Shown: positions 57,878-64,000 of the stretch, piece by piece
How positions within the stretch are numbered: position 1 is the first letter of the stretch
Layout: every line of letters begins with the position of its first letter
Assembly (NCBI RefSeq): GCF_004010195.1
Contig: NC_057752.1
Span: 1,805,976 to 1,869,975, forward strand
DNA: 64,000 nucleotides
Source: Chiloscyllium plagiosum
Lineage: Eukaryota
Direction of reading: 5' to 3'
The notes under the pieces: generated by a model
What the model was told of the DNA's origin: nothing
Seen by the model: only the letters and a program-made list of their open reading frames with translations
Databases searched by the model: none
Position numbers and translations under genes: made by a program

Positions 57878-58351
57878 ACTGATGTCACCATGTAACAAAC
57901 TCCTCAGATAATTGGAAGCGGTGAGGCTGACTATTGCTGGGGTGAAATACTATCGCCTGTTTCAACTGTAAATTGAAGGACCCCATTTGAATAGGTTTTT
58001 TTTTGATACGATGATGATTGCAAATGGATTGTGCTTCCGATTGCAAATCAGCAAACAGTTAAAGGCAATGAGTTTGAATAAACCCAGTAAGCAGGCCCCT
58101 ACATGTGCAGAATGAAACCCTTCATCCACCAAGTATTTCGCAATATTTTTTCTCAGGTTACTATGCATCAGTCAAGCTCTCGTGCAGAAGATAAGATCGG
58201 AAATCTTCACTGTGCCTGTACCTGAATAGATGGAGTTCCAACGCCAACTGCTTCAAATTTCAGCTCTCAGCTCTGAGGTTGTACCTGCTTATACATGCAT
58301 CTGTGTGAACTCTTCACCAAGACCTCTGGCGACGCGCATTTGATCCACTGA

Positions 58352-58365
58352 AGGTCAAAAGGTCA
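58352..58365 (+). promoter_or_regulatory. Perfect DR2 nuclear-receptor element AGGTCA-AA-AGGTCA
   Basis: Exact consensus half-sites with a 2-nt spacer in non-repeat sequence. Confidence 0.4.
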
Positions 58366-60022
58366 TCACGATATTCTGTTTTCCCAACGTAGCAACTGAA
58401 AGACAGGAGAGAGTTCAACAGAAGCTGCAGATCACGTCTTCCCTGCAAACCGACCTGACACCACTTCCCTTCCCACATTCCCTTCTTAACCCACTTAGGT
58501 CTCCCTGGAGGTGGTCAGAAGGGGAAATGACGGGAGAAATCTCCCCGAGAGAGAAAACTCAACCCCTTTCTCGCCACCGCTACAGTTAAGAAAGTTCAGG
58601 AGTCATTTTTGACTCGCCCCCCGCCCCCGGCTTGGCCCTGAAGTGGTCCGTTAATGGCCACCACACACACCCTCAACTCACCACCTCCCCAGCTATCTGC
58701 CACCATTCAGGTGAAATCGGTGGCTACTTTCTCACTGTGAAACCATGGTAACCCACCTGCTGAGTTAGGGGAGCAGAGGTGGGGGTGTCCTTCAGTTGCC
58801 CCAATCTGGGGGGGGGGGGTGGGTGTGCAGTGGGAGGAACGGACAGAAGGCACAAGGGAGTAGCCTCTGAAAGCTACCCCACCATCCTTGTCTACAACCC
58901 TTCTGACTCTGATTCCCTGTGGTCCCCACCCCACAGGATGGGATGAAAAGACAATCTGTTGGAAAATCTGTGAAATGGCTGCCCCAGAAATGCGACGGAT
59001 GCTGGGCCATTGAGTAAACGTGCGAGGAGGAGATCAACAGATTTTTAATTAATAATGGATTGAGAGTGGGCGGGAAAGTGGAGTTGAGGCTGAGATGAGA
59101 TAGTATTAAATGGCAGAGCCGGTTCAAGGGACTGAATGGCCTACTCTGGTTCTCATGTTCTTTCACCCCTTTACACGCCAATGAAAATTGCATCACAGAG
59201 CCCTGATGATTACATTTAAAAAGTTGCAATTGGATGATCTTAATGAATTATATGTGAAGGAATAATTTGCATTGTAGCTTGCAGCTGTCGAAACAGAAAC
59301 AGTCACTTGAACTGGCGAGAGTTATCAAACCAACACTTTTATTCAGGAAACAATTTTTAAACTGTGCAGCCAGGGAAAAAAAAGGCGATTTGTCATCATT
59401 CAACTTCTATTTTCACCACGTGAGGGAGGTGTTTAATGCAAACTTAATAGAAACGGCTCAATTTGTACGTGTTTCAGCGTAATGCATTTGGTTAAATGAG
59501 TAGGGGGCGACCGGGAAAGGAATTGCCGATAAGGGGCGGTCGAACATCACAGATTCCCAAGACTTGATATGGATCTGAGATCGCTTTAAGATTAAACATC
59601 AAAAAGCGACCACCTGTTTTCAGTAAGAGGAGTCAAGCACTGCCTTGCATTTTCCTTAACAACGCTACCTCAGTCAAAAATGCACTTGAATCACATCCAA
59701 GGCTGTCAGCTCCTGATAAGCGAGCAAGGAAAACCAGCAACATTTGCCAGAGAGCCTTCTCACAGCAGCTCCGCCACACATTTCTTGAAGGAGCTGTGCA
59801 CATTCCTCCAGATTCTGGCCTGAGTTAACAAATTACACTGAGCACCTGAAAGACATTTTCACTGAGGCAGTTGAACACCATGTGTTTTCACCAGCACCTT
59901 CTGATCGGTGGGTAATGTTAAAGGCATCCGTCTTTATGTCCAGAGGTCTCAGAGTAGTTAATTATTGCCTTTCTGGAGCAGAGAGACTGTTCTGTCACTG
60001 CGTGCGATCTGTGTCCCCACTC

Positions 60023-60425
60023 AGACTGGTTCCCAGGATGGCAGGACAGACGTATGAAGAGAGATTGGATCGGTTAGGACTATATTCACTGAAATTTAGA
60101 ACAAAGAAGGGGGATATCTTAGGGACTGATAAAATCCAAACAGGACTAGACAGGGTAAACACAGGAAGGATGTTCCTGATGACCAGGGAGTCCAGAACCA
60201 GGGGTCACAGGCTAAGGATCTGGGGTAGGCCATTTCGGACTGAGATGAGGAGAAATGTCTTCACCCAGAGTTTGGGAGCCTGTGGAATTCTGTCACAGAA
60301 AGTGATAGAGACCAAAACATTGAATGTTTTCAAGAAGGAGTTAGATATAGTTCTTAGGGATCAAAGGGAATGGGGAGAAAGCAGGAACAGGGACTGAGTT
60401 GGATGATCAGCCAGGATCAGATTGA
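60023..60425 (+). mobile_element. CR1 LINE 3' end
   Basis: RLVPRMAG.TYEERLDRLGLYSL.FR..KGD, SRTRGH.LRI.GRPFRTEMRRN.FTQ. Confidence 0.88.
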
Positions 60426-60429
60426 ACCT

Positions 60430-62970
60430 ATTGTACAGCACAGTGCATGCCCTTCAGCCCTCAATGTTGTGCCGACCTTTTATCCTACTCTAAGATCAGA
60501 CTAACCCACATACCCATCATTTTCTATCATCCATATGCCTATCCAAGAGTCGCTTAGATGTCCCCAATGTATCTGACTCTACTCCCACTGCTGGCAGTGC
60601 ATTCCACACACCCACCACTCTCTGTGTCAAGGACCTACCTCTGACATCTCCCCTAAACCTTCCTCATTACCTTAATTACCTTAAAATTATGCACCTTTGT
60701 GATAGCCATTTCCGCCCTGGGAAAAAGTCTCTATCTATCCATTCAATCTATGCCTCCCATCATCTTGTACACCTCTATCAAGTCATCTCTCATCCTTCTT
60801 CATTCCAATGAGAAAAGCCATAGCTCCCGCAACCTTTCTTCATAAGACCTGCCCTCCCAGTCCAGGCAGCATCCTGGGAAATCTCCTCTGCACCCTCTCT
60901 AAAGCTTCCACATCCTTGCTATAATGAGGCACCCAAAACTGAACACAGTATTCCAAGTATGGTCTAACCAGGGCTCTGTAGAGCTGCAGCATAACTGAAC
61001 GGCTCTTAAGCTCAATATCCCGCTAATGAAAGCCAACACACCATACGCCTTCTTGACATCCCTATCAACTTGGGTGGCAACTTTGAGGGATCTATGGACG
61101 TGGACCCCAAGATCCGACTGTTCCTCCAAGCACCAAATCCAATATGGCCTCCCCTCTAGTCGGCCTATCTACATATTGAGTGAGGAATCCTTCCAGGACA
61201 CACCCATAACAACAACCCTGTTTCTTCTGCACCTTTCCAAAATCTGCCTCCCAATTCGCTGCTCGATGTCTCTGTTGTTATTGGGGGGGGGGGGATCTGT
61301 GGGAAACTCCCAATGAAGTGACTGCTCTTTTTCTGTTTCTGACTGCCACCCATACTGACTCTGTAGACAAACCCTCCTCGACCACCTACCTTTCTGCAGC
61401 TGTGGCACTATCCCTGATTAGCAATGCCACTCTTGCACCTCTTTTACCACCCCCCACCACAACCATTCTTTTTGAAACGTCTAAATCCTAGAACATCCAA
61501 CAACCATTTCTTCCCCCTGTGATATTCAAGTCTCCATAATGGCCACAACATCATAGTTCTAAGTACTGCTCCGTGCTCCTCAGTTCATCACCCTTATTCC
61601 TGATATTCTTGCATTAAAATAAACATACTTCAACGCATCACACTAACTGCACCTTTGCCCTATCGAGTGCCTATCATTCCTCACAGATTCTGCATGCTGT
61701 ATCTGGCTGTTCCCTACCGTCATCTGATCCGAAGCTCTGGTTCCCAACCCCTGCCAATGTAGTTTAAACCTTCCCAAAAAGCTTGAGCAAACCTGCCCTG
61801 GTGTCCCTCCAGTTCAGATGCAGTCCATCCTCCTTGTATAGGTCCCATCTTCCCCAGAAGGTATCCCAATGATCCACATATCTGAAGCCCTCCCTCCTAC
61901 GCCAGTCCTGCAGCCACATGCTCATCTTCACTTGCTCTCTGTTCCTAGCCTCAGTAGGCTGTGGCACTGGGAGTAATCCTGAGATTACTACTCTGCTCAT
62001 CCTGCCTTCGAGCATCCAACCTAACTCTCCATATTCTCTTTACTCTTTTCCTATCTATGTCATTGGTACTGATGTGTACCATGACTTCTGGCTGCTCTCC
62101 TTCCCTCTTAACAATCCTGTGGACTCGATCCAAGACAACCCTGACCCTGGCACCTGGGAGGCAACACACCATCCAGGAGTCTCATTCGCAACCACAGAAA
62201 CTCCTGTCTGTCCCTCTCACCATTGAATCTCCCATCACGATTGCTCTCCTATTCTCCCCCCTTCTCTTCTGAGCTACAGAGCCAGGCTCAGTGCCAGAGA
62301 CCTGGCTGCTGATCCCTTCCCCCCCCCAACAGTATCCAAAACGATATACCTATTATTGAAGGGAACGGCCACAGGGAGTCCCTGCACTGTCTGCCTATTC
62401 TCTTTCCCCCTCCTGACGGTCACCCAGCTCCCTTTATCCTGTAACTTAGGTGTGACTACCTGCCTATAACTCCTCTCTATCACCCCCTCAGCCTCCCAAA
62501 TGATCCAAAGTTCATCCAGCTCCAGCTCCAGTTCCCTAACACGGTCTGTGAGGAGCTGGAGTTGGGTGCACTTCTCTCAGGTGAAGTCAGCAGAGACACC
62601 AGAGGACCCGTACCTCCCACACCCTGCAAGAGGAGCATGCAACTGTCCTAGCCTCCATCCCCTCTGCTCGAAATTACTGAGAGAGATTGAATAAATGAAA
62701 AAAGAAACCTTACCTTACCAACCCCCCACACATGGTCTTTGTTTTGGTTAGAGGACTAGGATGGGTGGGAGATACTATACGTGTAAGTGTTTCGGGTTTA
62801 GCCACAGCACGAATATATCAGTTCACATGTCCAGCAATCCCCGTGTCTGTGTCCACTCCTGTTGAACCTTTGCTCCACCTATTCACGAGGTAAGTCCTTT
62901 TGGAGGGAAATTTAGCTTGCCGGCAGCCCCCTGGTCCTCGCTCTCACCCCTTCCACTGCTGCTGCAAAAT
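60430..62970 (-). mobile_element. CR1 LINE with 5'UTR, ORF1 (SGNH esterase), endonuclease and 3' end, but with the RT core deleted
   Basis: ORF1 VCCLPGARV, VHISTNDI, VVISGLLPVP, DLYKEDGLHLN. The EN end EAILDLVLG is fused at about 61125 to EEQSDLGVHVHRSLKVATQVD. Confidence 0.88.
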
Positions 62971-63121
62971 GGAGGCCACTGACTCTCACACACACTCTTC
63001 TCTCACACGCACTCTGTCTCCGTCACAGTCTCTTTCACACACATGCACACTGCTCAAGTGTGGCTGATTGTTCCTCTCCTTCATCCAGCCATCATGCCAC
63101 AGGTCATACAACCCATTGTTC

Positions 63122-63505
63122 TGGGGAGACAGTGGTTCAGTGGTCAAGGCATTGGACTCCCACTCAAGAGGCTAATGACCTGGGCTGTGGGTTCAAATCC
63201 CATCACCACTGCAGCTGATAGATTTGGGATGTAGTTGAATCAGTCTGGAATTGCAAACTAGTCTCAGAGAATGGTCACTAGGACAGCTATTGTTAAATAC
63301 TGTACAAACCCAACTGGTTCATGAGTGTCCTTCAGAGAAGGAAATCTGCCATCCTTACCTGGTCTGGTCCACACATGACTCCAGACCCATAACAATGTCG
63401 TTGTCTTTGAAGTGGCTGAACATGCCATTCAGTTCAAGGGGCAGTGAGGGATGGGGTGAGAAATATTGGCCTTGCCAGTGATGCCCACCTCCCGTGGAAG
63501 AATAA
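63122..63505 (+). mobile_element. tRNA-headed SINE (head plus tail of the 2127-5126 LINE family)
   Basis: TGGTTCAGTGG box A, GGTTCAAATCC box B, GAAGGAAATCTGCCATCCTTACCTGGTCTGG..CATGACTCCAGACCCA core, then directly TCAAGGGGCAGTGAGGGATGGGG...GCCAGTGATGCCCAC. Confidence 0.8.
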
Positions 63506-64000
63506 AGAGAAATATTTGGCTGTGTTTCAACACTGTGGCCCCTCTCCAGTCAACTGCTGTACCATCCCGAGCTTCAATTGCTGTGCATTGGATTGGTAAC
63601 CTGCCCTTAAGGAAGATCAATTTGGGGCACTTCTTCAACTTTGAAGACTGCGCACATCTGGGCAGATGAAGCACACACTTGTTTCTTTCTCCTGGGCAAT
63701 TTGTCTCTCCTGGGAGAGATCACAACGTGTGCCCAGAGGCTACCGATTGAGGGTTGGCACAGTGTGGCTGATGGGAGGCTGTTTGGCTCTTACCCCTTGC
63801 TGCTGGCTTGGTGGGAGGATTTACACATCAACACTCAGCCTGTTCGGCCACGTCACAAAACTACTTCCCTTGGCCATCAAGTCGCAGATGAGGCTGGAAC
63901 TTGGACCTTCCTGAGCCAGAAGCGGGGACGCTCTGTACCATGGGGAAACTGAACTGTGTGGTTTGGTTCAAAACAATGACAAAAGCCTTGATCTGAGAGA

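Overview
Repeat-rich vertebrate DNA, most likely a shark (elasmobranch), judged from HE1-type and Deu-type SINEs, CR1/L2/Rex1 LINE fragments and Penelope-type palindromic pieces. It has four N-gaps. Two protein-coding genes can be supported, both on the minus strand. (1) The 3' end of a laminin-binding integrin alpha subunit (alpha-3/6/7 family, best read as ITGA7), which the ORF track does not show as a gene. I rebuilt it by hand from six AG/GT-bounded exons (32578-32471, 29205-29092, 27760-27662, 26830-26705, alternative cytoplasmic exon A 24615-24488, terminal exon B from 19475). It has both A and B GFFKR tails, a downstream RBFOX motif cluster, and no furin site in the exon that normally carries one. 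(2) The large coding exon of a fidgetin-family AAA protein (FIGNL2-like, ATG 52974 to stop 50770) with degenerate ATPase motifs. FIGNL2 sits on an exactly 20,000-bp block between two 500-N gaps, where the missing upstream integrin exons would be expected, so nesting versus misassembly is unresolved. Other notable items: an ORF1-less LINE with a tRNA-like head whose internal-deletion derivatives occur here as SINEs, minimal hammerhead ribozyme motifs in Penelope-type inserts, an orphan TATA/CACCC/CCAAT/GATA promoter-like module, and several tandem and inverted duplications. Homology statements come from recalled family sequences, not database searches. Repeat boundaries are approximate.
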